A stretch of 64,000 bases of DNA, taken from sequence record MW057919.1; one strand, 5' to 3'. Under the pieces are notes generated by a model. The model did no database searches and was not told the origin of the DNA. It saw only the letters and a program-made list of their open reading frames with translations. The translations under genes were made by a program, and so were the position numbers. Of this stretch, positions 38,652 to 50,022 are shown one piece after another; positions within the stretch are counted from its first letter, which is position 1, and every line of letters starts with the position of its first letter.

Positions 38652-39602
38652 ATGCGTAGATTCACTCTTAATCTGGCGGATAACCCGCGTGGACAAGATC
38701 CACGAATAGGTTTCTTCAAAGCAGTTACAACAGCATATCCGGATTTAGGTTTATCTGAAGATAAGTCCATTATCGTAATGGTAATGGATAGTGCAACTAT
38801 CGATGAGCCTAATAGGGCATTTGTTCGTATTCAAAAAGATGCAACTAATAGTGCTGTTTATTACGACTTTCTTTATAATCGTTTTAATGTTAATGATTAT
38901 ATTAAAAATCCATATTGGACAGCATCGGAAGTAACGGTTGTTCAAGGATTAAAAAATAGCGAAGCTTTAGTTGCGTATGTTGCTAATAAAGCTAAATTAA
39001 ATTTTACTGCTAGTGACATATGGTTAGAAATATCTAATATAACGTATACCGGTGGTAAGAAACAACCAAACTTTTTATTTAAAGCTATTGATTCATCACT
39101 ATGGTGGAGAGGATGGTTAAATCTATGGTTACATTCAGGTGGTGATGTTGACCCTGATCCGCCGGACCCAGATCCAGATCCTGATCCAGAACCAACAGAT
39201 GGCTATCAGATATTCCCGCAATTGCTTGTACCATTTACAATTACAGTTGATAATGAAACAGGTAAATTTGGTAATTGGATTTGTCCGCCTTATGATCAAG
39301 CTATAGGTAGGCTATTGGTACTAATGCCTAAACCAGATGATGCTCAAATAGCAGAGTCACCTAAAGGTGTTATACTACCTTCTGGCAATAGCGAGAAACT
39401 TAAGGCTGGTGCTGAATATCGAATACTGAATTTAACTAATGAAGATGTTGATATAGCTACTGCTTATCAACAAAGTATCATTAGGCCAATGTATACAAGT
39501 ACTGGTTTCTTACCTAATAATGGCTATACTCGATTTATCTGTTATAATGAAACAACTAAAGCGATGTATACACTTGGTCTGTCATGGTGGATGCAATCAT
39601 GA
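38652..39602 (+). CDS. Two-domain virion protein (gp158-like) with a Pro-Asp linker
   Basis: 316 aa; YDFLYNRFNV family motif; DPDPPDPDPDPDPEP linker. Confidence 0.7.
   Translation: MRRFTLNLADNPRGQDPRIGFFKAVTTAYPDLGLSEDKSIIVMVMDSATIDEPNRAFVRIQKDATNSAVYYDFLYNRFNVNDYIKNPYWTASEVTVVQGLKNSEALVAYVANKAKLNFTASDIWLEISNITYTGGKKQPNFLFKAIDSSLWWRGWLNLWLHSGGDVDPDPPDPDPDPDPEPTDGYQIFPQLLVPFTITVDNETGKFGNWICPPYDQAIGRLLVLMPKPDDAQIAESPKGVILPSGNSEKLKAGAEYRILNLTNEDVDIATAYQQSIIRPMYTSTGFLPNNGYTRFICYNETTKAMYTLGLSWWMQS
39150..39194 (+). repeat. Pro-Asp dipeptide repeat (GATCCA-type microsatellite)
   Basis: GACCCTGATCCGCCGGACCCAGATCCAGATCCTGATCCAGAACCA. Confidence 0.9.
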
Positions 39603-40003
39603 GCGAATTCTGTTATATCTACCCACCTATGAAAGTAATTGACACGTCTAAAGCAACTGGACGTAAGTTTGATATTGACTCAACTTATCTTAATGCGCAC
39701 ATTATCGTTGAAGATCCTAATTATACTGATAATGATAATTCAGATAGTCCATTTATAGTAAATTTACCAGCTACTGCCTATGATACTAAAAAAGGTAAAT
39801 ATGTATTTACTATTGCTAATAAGACAAATGGATTATTGGTGATTCGTGCTTATGGTAATCGTTTAGTTGGTAACCGTGTATTCAAAGTTGACTGTCAATT
39901 AAACAAAGGTGAGGCATGTGAATATAGAACGGTTTATGATTCATTAGAAAATGAATTATACTGGTCTATCGAAGGACGTGTAATGACGGATGTACAGGAG
40001 TAA
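39599..40003 (+). CDS. Hypothetical beta-rich protein (gp159-like)
   Basis: ATGA overlap with the upstream stop, GGTGGA RBS; 134 aa. Confidence 0.7.
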   Translation: MSEFCYIYPPMKVIDTSKATGRKFDIDSTYLNAHIIVEDPNYTDNDNSDSPFIVNLPATAYDTKKGKYVFTIANKTNGLLVIRAYGNRLVGNRVFKVDCQLNKGEACEYRTVYDSLENELYWSIEGRVMTDVQE

Positions 40004-40006
40004 ATC

Positions 40007-40480
40007 ATGGCAGATACATCAAAATGTGATAATTTCATTCCTGGTGCATTTTACACAACAATAAATAAATATCCATTAAAAATGAAACACCCTCTTTATG
40101 GAGATGATGTTATTTATAATCTGTTAGATGTTAAAGATTATTTTGATACTAACATTATCTTTAAAGAAGAAGATGGATATGTATCATCACCAACAACACC
40201 TACATTTATTGGCACTGTTATTAAATATAATACATCATTGCCAAATGGATTTACTTTCGTATTGAGTTTCTATGAAAAAGATCCTATTAATGGCAAAGAG
40301 ACTAGGGACTCATTAAGTTTTTGGGCACAAGACAAAGATGGTAAATTAGTTATACCTAGAGGTTTTCCATTTGAAGATGCTTCTGTGCGCGGTACGGTTG
40401 GACAACGATTTATATTAGTCAGACCTAATGGCCAAACAACTGGTGATTATATTTGGGTTTGTCCTGGTCAAGCATTTTAA
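40007..40480 (+). CDS. Hypothetical protein (gp160-like)
   Basis: 157 aa, AGGAG RBS. Confidence 0.7.
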   Translation: MADTSKCDNFIPGAFYTTINKYPLKMKHPLYGDDVIYNLLDVKDYFDTNIIFKEEDGYVSSPTTPTFIGTVIKYNTSLPNGFTFVLSFYEKDPINGKETRDSLSFWAQDKDGKLVIPRGFPFEDASVRGTVGQRFILVRPNGQTTGDYIWVCPGQAF

Positions 40481-40485
40481 TTTAA

Positions 40486-40513
40486 AGCGGATCTGCTTTA
40501 AAGTGGATCCGCT
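40486..40513 (+). terminator. Terminator-like hairpin
   Basis: AGCGGATCTGCT-TTAA-AGTGGATCCGCT followed by ATTATTT. Confidence 0.7.
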
Positions 40514-40554
40514 ATTATTTCGTCTTAAAGTAACTATAGTGCTCAATTGAATGA

Positions 40555-41214
<660 letters not shown>

Positions 41215-41249
41215 CAACCTTATGAACTTTAATACTCCGGAGTTTTAAA

Positions 41250-42818
41250 ATGGCTAAGAAAAAAACAGTTCCCGCAATGGATTTCTTTGCAAGTCTTGAG
41301 CGCGTTTCTGATGCTGAAGATAAGAATGTCAATCTTGATGTTGGTAAAGAATTACCAGAACAATTAAAAGATGATGAAGATGGTAAAGTAAATCCATGTG
41401 ATGAAGTTACCAATGTCGTTACCAATACCCCAATTGACGTATGCAAAGGTCCAGATGTTGATGGAACTGCTGATAAGATCAATGATAAGAAGATTCATGT
41501 TAGTCAAGGGCTAAAAGAATTCCAAGTAGCTAAAGGTGATCGTGTTGAAAACGAAATCACTGAAACAGCTGATGAAATGATCACTAAAGTAAGTGATACT
41601 AAAGATCTTAATGTTAGTACCAAAAAACCACACCAAATTGCAGATGTCCCATCGAATGAAGACATTTCTATTATGGAAGCCAATGAGACTGAGCAGCTAG
41701 ACCATGGCTATGATGCCACCGCACTACTGGAAACTACTGAAGATATCATCACTGGTGAACTAGATGATCATCTAGAATCATTATCAGTTGAAATGTTTAC
41801 AATTGTAAATGAACTGACTAAAGTAGAATCTGTTCAAACTGCATTAGAAAACTATATTGGTTTAGTTAGTAACCGCCATCATCGCGGGCATGATGTCGAT
41901 CATGATCTAGCTAAAGCTATTAGCATCGCGCTAGAGTCATTTGACTATAAATATTTTAATAACACTGTGCCATCAATGGAATCCTTTATATCACCGCTAA
42001 CTCGGCCTAAAGCTTCTATTGAAGTATTAGATAATCTACAAGCTAAAGCAAAAGAAGTATCTACTGTTGCATTAGATTTCATTAAGAAGCTAATTCGCAT
42101 TGTTGTAGAAACTTATCAACGTATTCGCCAGAATGTCAGTAATCAAATAGAACGCGTTAATAAGATCATGAAACGCGTTAAAGAGAATGAACTACCCGAT
42201 GAAGTTCGTACTATCGCAATTCCACGCGATCTGATTCTAGGTGACACTGGTGAGAGTTGGGTTGGTGTAGACCCTGTTCAGGGGGTTACTGTAATCCGTA
42301 ATCTATTTGACAGCATTGAAAAGAATGGACTGCGTGCTCTTAAAGCAGCCTTAGCTGGAAAAACAACTGATGATAAAGCACTGGCTTTAGCTAAAGGTAT
42401 GTTTGGAACAGCTACCAAAATTAATGCTAATGGTGTCCGATATGCTAGCCCGGTTGTGCCCGGTAATCGTGTTTATACCTTTGGTAAAGACAAAGCTGCG
42501 GTAGACTTCTCCATTCTTGATGCACCGGGTAAACCCAACTATGGAATTACTGTTGAACTATTAGTTGATAAGAATGTTGTTATGGCTCAGCTAAAAGCAG
42601 TTCATAACCTCCTAAATCATCTAAATAATATTCGCGGTATCTCTAAAGAGTCAACTGCTGAAATCATTGCACAGATGACTGATAAAGAAGCAACCAATGT
42701 TGGTAAGGCTTATCTAACTGGCACCACTGAAGCTAGTAATGATCTGTTTAAATGTGTGATGATCTGGATCACCGTACTTGAGAAACTAGTTGATAGTGAA
42801 ATCAAGGAAACTGAATAG
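41250..42818 (+). CDS. gp162: Inner-body/head protein with acidic propeptide (gp162-like)
   Basis: 522 aa; acidic N-terminal third; several SLE/ALE/SME protease-type sites. Confidence 0.7.
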   Translation: MAKKKTVPAMDFFASLERVSDAEDKNVNLDVGKELPEQLKDDEDGKVNPCDEVTNVVTNTPIDVCKGPDVDGTADKINDKKIHVSQGLKEFQVAKGDRVENEITETADEMITKVSDTKDLNVSTKKPHQIADVPSNEDISIMEANETEQLDHGYDATALLETTEDIITGELDDHLESLSVEMFTIVNELTKVESVQTALENYIGLVSNRHHRGHDVDHDLAKAISIALESFDYKYFNNTVPSMESFISPLTRPKASIEVLDNLQAKAKEVSTVALDFIKKLIRIVVETYQRIRQNVSNQIERVNKIMKRVKENELPDEVRTIAIPRDLILGDTGESWVGVDPVQGVTVIRNLFDSIEKNGLRALKAALAGKTTDDKALALAKGMFGTATKINANGVRYASPVVPGNRVYTFGKDKAAVDFSILDAPGKPNYGITVELLVDKNVVMAQLKAVHNLLNHLNNIRGISKESTAEIIAQMTDKEATNVGKAYLTGTTEASNDLFKCVMIWITVLEKLVDSEIKETE

Positions 42819-42827
42819 GTAAACATA

Positions 42828-44015
42828 ATGTCCACATATGCAGAACTATTAATTACCAATAATGAACTCAAAGAGGCTATTGTTTCTGTTGAAGCATATC
42901 GCCATCGATTAGCTCGTTATCAAGATCTGCTAGATGGACGTGACGTAGCATCTGAAGACCTGTCTAAAGCGATGTCATTTGCTTTAGAAAGTATCGATCC
43001 CGCCTTCTCCATAAAAGAAGGCGGTATAATTACACTACGTGCTTTAAAAGATGCATTAGTTCGAGCTGCTAAGGCTGCACGAGATATTGTGCGGATGGTA
43101 ATCGAAACACTCACGGCATTCTACGTCAAGTTTACTGGCAGTATTTCACATGTGCGTAAAACACAGCAAAAATTATCTAGGCGACTTGCAAAACTAGGTA
43201 ATCGTACGACTAATACTCGATTGACTGTTTCTGGTTTACAGCGATTATCTATTAACGGTGAATTCATTGGTGATCGACCAGATAATCTTTTAGATATCAA
43301 AGAAGTCACTAATTATATTTTAATGACTTATCCTAAAATGACTTCTAATATTGCTCGAAATATTAGTAGACAAGCATTGAATATCTTAGATAATCAAGGC
43401 GAAGATACCACTACAGAAATCATTGATGAGTTATTACAATCTTTTGCCGATATAGTGCGTCGTGATTTTAAAGCGCCGCCAGGGGATGAGCCATTAAAGA
43501 AAGGTGAGACTACTTCTACTGGTACCCATAGAAGTTATATTTTACCAGCTAATCGTGCATTTGTTTATACTGATGCTGACCATATAGCTACATCAGTTAC
43601 TAATAAACAATCTGCACTAGAAATGGTTCGCAATACATTTACAATGGAATTTACAGAGTTACAAATCAATGCAATTGATAGCACTGAACGAGATATAGAA
43701 GTACCTTCTGTAACTACGCTAAGTGATATTGTAACTGGTATTGCTAATATTTTAACGATCGCTGAACGTGCTAAACAAGGCGAAGTAGAATATAAAACAG
43801 TTAAGGTAGTTGTAGATGATTCAATTCGACAGCTAGCTGAACGTAGTGAGTTATTGGGAAGGGCAAATGGCGAGGCAATTAATATGCTCGCTGAGATATC
43901 CCGAAAATTAGCAGAACCTGTTGGTAACTACACCCATTGGTTAGCAGTAACTCTTAAAGTCTGGTTAACATTTGTTAGTCACTGCATTACTCATTATGAG
44001 AATGAAGGTATTTAA
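42828..44015 (+). CDS. gp163: Inner-body/head protein paralog (gp163-like)
   Basis: 395 aa; SVE and FALES motifs; N-terminus similar to the gp162 region (SVEAYRHRL vs ALENYIGLV). Confidence 0.7.
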   Translation: MSTYAELLITNNELKEAIVSVEAYRHRLARYQDLLDGRDVASEDLSKAMSFALESIDPAFSIKEGGIITLRALKDALVRAAKAARDIVRMVIETLTAFYVKFTGSISHVRKTQQKLSRRLAKLGNRTTNTRLTVSGLQRLSINGEFIGDRPDNLLDIKEVTNYILMTYPKMTSNIARNISRQALNILDNQGEDTTTEIIDELLQSFADIVRRDFKAPPGDEPLKKGETTSTGTHRSYILPANRAFVYTDADHIATSVTNKQSALEMVRNTFTMEFTELQINAIDSTERDIEVPSVTTLSDIVTGIANILTIAERAKQGEVEYKTVKVVVDDSIRQLAERSELLGRANGEAINMLAEISRKLAEPVGNYTHWLAVTLKVWLTFVSHCITHYENEGI

Positions 44016-44023
44016 CAGCATAA

Positions 44024-44044
44024 GCCCTCCCATAGTGGGAGGGC
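44024..44044. terminator. Bidirectional terminator, repeated family
   Basis: CAGCATAA-GCCCTCCC-ATAGT-GGGAGGGC-ATTAT. Confidence 0.85.
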
Positions 44045-44054
44045 ATTATATTCT

Positions 44055-45227
<1,173 letters not shown>

Positions 45228-45276
45228 TTACTAGGGTTATTAACTCTATAGAGTAAGACATTATTAAGGGTTAATC

Positions 45277-47769
45277 ATGCAGATCAAGCTACTTAAGCTA
45301 ATTGGCTATACTAGGTTGATGGCCAATAATACACATTATTTTGAATGGACTCCAAGCAAACAGATGATGGTTATACTTGGTAGTAATGGTTCTGGCAAAT
45401 CATCTATTATTAGTGAACTGACACCTGTTGTATCTAGCAGTTCAAACTTCAAGCAAGGTGGCGAGAAACATTTCCATTGTCATGCAAATGGTAAAGACTA
45501 TAAATTAATTTCTAAATATAACCGTGGCACTGGACATCATTCCTTTTTATGTAATGATGAAGAATTAAATAGTGGTCATACCTTTAAAGAACAAGAAGAA
45601 CTTGTAATGGCGCATTTCGGGTTAAACCGAGAACTGCATGAAATGTTGACAGGTAAGATGCGTTTTACAAAGTTAAAACCTAATGAACGTAAAGCATGGT
45701 TAACTAGAATGTCTGTAGTTAACCTTGATTATGCATTTAATGTTTATAACAAAGTACGTAAAGAATTATCTAACCAGCAAGGTACTGTTAAAACAATTAA
45801 TAAGCGATTGGTCACAGAACACCATGGGGTATTGAATGATTCAGAAATGACACAGTTGAAAGAAGTGAAACAACGGTTAGTTAGTCGTATTGATTTACTT
45901 TATAAAACACGTGATAAGAAAGGTGTCCTTCATTTTAGAGATGAAACCACTGCACGTAAAGAATTAGATTCTATCTTAGATGAAGCTCGTTCATTGTTAA
46001 TGTCATTTCCAATGTTACCTATTCAAGTTAAAGTAGATGGGTATGAATCTTTCTTAGAACTAAATAATAAGAAGATTGAAGAATATAAATCTATACAAGC
46101 AGTTATTGCACGTTTAGTTGAAGAATTAGAAGAATTAAAAAGCTCTAATCCGAATACAGCTGAACGTATGCCTCCAGAAGAAATACAAGAACTTAAGGAC
46201 AGACATGAACATCATACACGCATTGCTGAAGAAGCTATTAGTAAATATAAGAAGTATACCGGTAGATTTCCTTTGGTTGACATTTCTGTTAACGGTGATC
46301 CATCTGGTAAACTTACTGATCTCTCAGATCGTTGGATCAAACTTCTCACTACATTTCCTAATAATGAGAATGGTTACTTAAGTAAAGAAACTGCTATTAA
46401 AAATGCAGAAAGGCTAAAAGAATTAAAAAGTAAATACTCAACCATGGAAGGCATGTATTTACAAATTAATCAACGCCTAAATTCATTTAAGGAATGCGCA
46501 TCTATTACTTGCCCATCATGCACTCATTCATTTAAACCTGGTGTTAGTGAACAAGATATCACAATAGCAGAAGAGCGTAAAGCTAAGTTAGATGAAGCGA
46601 TGGATAGCTGTTCAAATGAGATCAAGGTTCTTGAACAGTACATGACTGACTTCAATGAATATGTAAGTTATGTACATGGCTACGTTCAATTAACGAAAGA
46701 GTATAACGAATTTGATACATTATGGAACTATGTAGCTGAACATGTCGTAATGTATCGCACACCAGCAAAATATATAAATGATGCATTAGACTGGCGAGAT
46801 GCAATGCAGCAACTCATTGTCTCTAAGCAAGCTCATGCGGAAGCTACTTTATTAGCTCAACGACTACGTGTTATTGCTGAGATGGATCAAGATGCATTAG
46901 GGTTCATTAAGGCACGTACAACTGCACTAGAAACTGAAATTAATAATAAAACACATGTAGCAGCTGACTTACAAAGAAAAGCATCTCATTTCAATAAAGC
47001 TGGTAATGCTATTCGTGAATGGGAAGATAAGTATCATTCTTTTATTGAACGATGGGAGCAGTTTATTAAAAAGATAGTGGATACAGCTGATAACTTTGTA
47101 GATAAGGCATACCAAGCAGAGATTGATGCTGTTAACTTAGAACTATCTAGTGTGCATAGTCGTTTAAGTGAAATGGAACGTCATGAAGAACGTATTAAAG
47201 TTTTAGAATCAGAAGTTAACCATGCGCAACAAATGGCTACTGATTTAGCTATTCTTGAAAAAGCATTATCACCAAAAAGTGGTATTCTTGGTCGCTATTT
47301 ATTAGGTTTCTTACAAGGAGTAGTTAAACTAGTAAATGCATACATCAATGAGATTTGGACTTATAGGTTAGAAGTATTACCTTCTAATGTTGACAAAGAT
47401 GGCATGGATTATAAGTTCCCAATGCATATTGCAGGTGGTGACGTTCAGCCACCGGACATTGAATACGGGTCTGACTCACAATTAGAGATTGTTGATTTTG
47501 CTTTTAGAATGGCTATCTTGAAATTTTTACATCTAGATGACATGCCCCTTTTCTTAGATGAATTTAGCAGGACTTTTGATGAACAACATCGAGCCAATGC
47601 TATTCCATTCATTAACAGGTTAATTGAAAATGGCATTGTTAATCAAGTGTTCTTCATCAGCCACTTTGAATCAACACACGGTGCATTTAACCAAGCTGAA
47701 TTTATTGTACTTGATCCAGCTAATATTAGTACTCCAGAAGTATTTAATAAAAATCTAGTATTAAAATAA
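45277..47769 (+). CDS. sbcC: SbcC/Rad50-like SMC ATPase (gp165-like)
   Basis: Walker A GSNGSGKS, central CPSC zinc hook, coiled coils, signature-like GSDSQ, Walker B LFLDE, H-loop FISH. Confidence 0.9.
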   Translation: MQIKLLKLIGYTRLMANNTHYFEWTPSKQMMVILGSNGSGKSSIISELTPVVSSSSNFKQGGEKHFHCHANGKDYKLISKYNRGTGHHSFLCNDEELNSGHTFKEQEELVMAHFGLNRELHEMLTGKMRFTKLKPNERKAWLTRMSVVNLDYAFNVYNKVRKELSNQQGTVKTINKRLVTEHHGVLNDSEMTQLKEVKQRLVSRIDLLYKTRDKKGVLHFRDETTARKELDSILDEARSLLMSFPMLPIQVKVDGYESFLELNNKKIEEYKSIQAVIARLVEELEELKSSNPNTAERMPPEEIQELKDRHEHHTRIAEEAISKYKKYTGRFPLVDISVNGDPSGKLTDLSDRWIKLLTTFPNNENGYLSKETAIKNAERLKELKSKYSTMEGMYLQINQRLNSFKECASITCPSCTHSFKPGVSEQDITIAEERKAKLDEAMDSCSNEIKVLEQYMTDFNEYVSYVHGYVQLTKEYNEFDTLWNYVAEHVVMYRTPAKYINDALDWRDAMQQLIVSKQAHAEATLLAQRLRVIAEMDQDALGFIKARTTALETEINNKTHVAADLQRKASHFNKAGNAIREWEDKYHSFIERWEQFIKKIVDTADNFVDKAYQAEIDAVNLELSSVHSRLSEMERHEERIKVLESEVNHAQQMATDLAILEKALSPKSGILGRYLLGFLQGVVKLVNAYINEIWTYRLEVLPSNVDKDGMDYKFPMHIAGGDVQPPDIEYGSDSQLEIVDFAFRMAILKFLHLDDMPLFLDEFSRTFDEQHRANAIPFINRLIENGIVNQVFFISHFESTHGAFNQAEFIVLDPANISTPEVFNKNLVLK

Positions 47770-47784
47770 TTATAAGCAACATAA

Positions 47785-47805
47785 GCCCTCCCGCAATGGG
47801 AGGGC
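47785..47805. terminator. Bidirectional terminator, repeated family
   Basis: CATAA-GCCCTCCC-GCAAT-GGGAGGGC-ATTAT. Confidence 0.85.
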
Positions 47806-47811
47806 ATTATA

Positions 47812-47988
47812 TTAGTAACTATCTTTATAAGTGCTATTAAGTGAAACACTTTCAAAACTCTTTTTATTTTTATCAGCCTCAACAAAGTCTTTACCAACTG
47901 ATTGTGGTACACCAACTTTCTTAGCAAACTTCTTATCATTGGCTACAGCAGCCATGAAGTTATGTTGTTTTTTACTTTTACTAGGCAT
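47812..47988 (-). CDS. Small basic 58-aa protein absent from the ORF track
   Basis: GAGGA RBS 7 nt upstream; MPSKSKKQHNFMAAVANDKKFAKKVGVPQSVGKDFVEADKNKKSFESVSLNSTYKDSY; ends at the terminator. Confidence 0.8.
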   Translation of the reverse strand: MPSKSKKQHNFMAAVANDKKFAKKVGVPQSVGKDFVEADKNKKSFESVSLNSTYKDSY

Positions 47989-48014
47989 CGTATATTCCTC
48001 TAAGTTTTCACAAC

Positions 48015-48045
48015 TACACTAAAAAATAATTAAGATATATATTAC
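48015..48045 (+). promoter_or_regulatory. Early (virion-RNAP) promoter
   Basis: TATATTAC core at 48038-48045 within a 31-bp block 27/31 identical to 48531-48561. Confidence 0.8.
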
Positions 48046-48079
48046 TACTATGCATACAATATCTTAAGAGGTTAATGAC

Positions 48080-48475
48080 ATGTTTAATCAACAATATAAT
48101 CCAAATAGTTCAGCTAAGGTAATGGAGACATTACATGCCTGTGCTAAACTTATTAAGGAAATGTTTTATTATAATGATCAATATGTTCAAGTAGAATCGG
48201 CTTATACAGATGATCCAATCCAAGCATCCATTGAAACAGTAAATGATGGGTATTACAGATTAGTTATTCAAGACACCACACCAGATAGTACGTGGCCAGT
48301 GTGGGCAGTTGTTTTTATCAGACAACGTGGTGGAGATATTAAGTGTCTCCATATTATCAATCGTATTACTGGAGTATCTGCAAATATAGATACGCAATTC
48401 AACTGTGATTCTTTTTACTCTGTTATTGATTTACTATTAGATCATTATCGAGTATTAACTTCGATGGAATACTGA
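48080..48475 (+). CDS. Early hypothetical protein
   Basis: 131 aa, GAGG RBS, downstream of an early promoter. Confidence 0.75.
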   Translation: MFNQQYNPNSSAKVMETLHACAKLIKEMFYYNDQYVQVESAYTDDPIQASIETVNDGYYRLVIQDTTPDSTWPVWAVVFIRQRGGDIKCLHIINRITGVSANIDTQFNCDSFYSVIDLLLDHYRVLTSMEY

Positions 48476-48485
48476 TATACATATT

Positions 48486-48507
48486 ACCCTCTCCTTCGGG
48501 AGGGGGT
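48486..48507 (+). terminator. Terminator hairpin
   Basis: ACCCTCTCC-TTCG-GGAGGGGGT followed by TTATAT. Confidence 0.8.
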
Positions 48508-48530
48508 TTATATCGCATTAATTTTTTTAT

Positions 48531-48561
48531 TACACTAAAAAAAGTTTAAGATCTATATTAC
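48531..48561 (+). promoter_or_regulatory. Early (virion-RNAP) promoter
   Basis: TACACTAAAAAAAGTTTAAGATCTATATTAC. Confidence 0.8.
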
Positions 48562-48617
48562 AGACATGTATCTATATTGGATACTTATTAAAACTTAATG
48601 ATTAGGAAAAATAGAAA

Positions 48618-48824
48618 ATGAAAGTACTAAAGATCGCAGCTGCAATTATCTCAACTGGTGCCCTCGCTGTTGCCGCTATTAATCTATATAAGGCCGTTTC
48701 TAAATCAACCGTTATTGATGACACCGTAGCTGATGATGATGCGGTACTAGACAGTGAAGTAGATATTCTAACTGATGAGCTAGATAAAATCGATATTGAT
48801 GATAGTGCTCAACAAGTCGATTAA
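48618..48824 (+). CDS. Early small protein: N-terminal hydrophobic helix plus acidic tail
   Basis: 68 aa, AGGA RBS; 15 of the last 36 residues are D/E. Confidence 0.75.
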   Translation: MKVLKIAAAIISTGALAVAAINLYKAVSKSTVIDDTVADDDAVLDSEVDILTDELDKIDIDDSAQQVD

Positions 48825-48842
48825 ATAATAGGGTTATCGCTA

Positions 48843-49271
48843 ATGGCGGCATTCACTTTAGCAAACTTAATGGGTGAGCTAAAGAAGAGTTCCGTCATTG
48901 ACTTATTCAACGATGGAAAGGTCAAGGCAGAACTCTATCCAGCTCATATGACATATATGGGTAGTGTGGTTGACTTACATCGTGTAGGCGATACATTCAG
49001 CTTCTATGTTGCAGATGGACATGGAGGCGTCACACGCTATCCATGTAGTAATCAGATTCTTGAATCGATAACATTAGAACCAGATGTTTATTATAAGTTA
49101 ACTGGTAAAAAAGTTATTGAGAAAAGAATTGAATTACCAGCTGTTACAGTACCAATTGAAGAACCCGCTAAGCGCATGCCGCTGGAAACAATCACATCAG
49201 TTGCTGTTATTGGCGGGTTTATTTTGTACGTTGGTACACGGTTTTATAAAGCATGTAAAAAATTAAAATAA
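48843..49271 (+). CDS. Early protein with C-terminal membrane anchor
   Basis: 142 aa; ITSVAVIGGFILYVG followed by a basic tail. Confidence 0.75.
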   Translation: MAAFTLANLMGELKKSSVIDLFNDGKVKAELYPAHMTYMGSVVDLHRVGDTFSFYVADGHGGVTRYPCSNQILESITLEPDVYYKLTGKKVIEKRIELPAVTVPIEEPAKRMPLETITSVAVIGGFILYVGTRFYKACKKLK

Positions 49272-49278
49272 TACGGTC

Positions 49279-49977
49279 ATGCAGTATACTTTAGGTACAA
49301 TAACCCTAGAGGAAACTGCAATGGCCGTATTAGACCGTCAATTTAATATTCGTTTAAATGGTGCTGATTTAGATAAACAAAAGCGAATTATTAAAGAAAT
49401 TTATACCAGGATTGCAAATGTGAATAACACAGTAATCAATGGTACTACTGTAAGACTGATTTTATTTGTTAAAGCTAATGGCCAAGTGGCTACTGGAAGC
49501 GATGCTATTAAACTAATCAACGATGCAGAAACTAATCTACAGGCGTGGGTTCTTTCTAATCGCTTTATCTTTAAATGGATGTTTAGCCATGCTAGTGATT
49601 TTGGTGCAATCTCTTCCAATTTTGAAGAAGTTTCACCAGGTGTTTATGATTGGAGTAAACGCCGTAGCTTTAATAAAGAATTTGATGATGAGCTAGCTAA
49701 AGCAAAAGAACGAAAACTAATTCGTCAAAATAAACCTACTCTATTTAAAACTATTAAGAAAGTAGGTAAAGCTGCATATGAAACTATTTCAGATAACTCA
49801 ACTGCAATCGTAAGTTTAACTGCTATTGGACTATTAGCTCTTAAAGTAACATCTGATCATAATCAAGTTATTAACCAAATGAATGTTATTAAGAAATCAA
49901 TTGGTAATATTGAGCTACCACCTGTTGAAGTAATCGTAAATACAGTTGGTGATGTATTAGATATCGATTTGTATTAA
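49279..49977 (+). CDS. Early protein with hydrophobic helix near the C-terminus
   Basis: 232 aa; TAIVSLTAIGLLAL. Confidence 0.75.
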   Translation: MQYTLGTITLEETAMAVLDRQFNIRLNGADLDKQKRIIKEIYTRIANVNNTVINGTTVRLILFVKANGQVATGSDAIKLINDAETNLQAWVLSNRFIFKWMFSHASDFGAISSNFEEVSPGVYDWSKRRSFNKEFDDELAKAKERKLIRQNKPTLFKTIKKVGKAAYETISDNSTAIVSLTAIGLLALKVTSDHNQVINQMNVIKKSIGNIELPPVEVIVNTVGDVLDIDLY

Positions 49978-49986
49978 GTGCATAAC

Positions 49987-50007
49987 GCCCTCCCATTACG
50001 GGAGGGC
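49987..50007. terminator. Bidirectional terminator, repeated family
   Basis: GCCCTCCC-ATTAC-GGGAGGGC, identical to 9256 and 54495. Confidence 0.85.
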
Positions 50008-50022
50008 TATATGTCGTTAATA

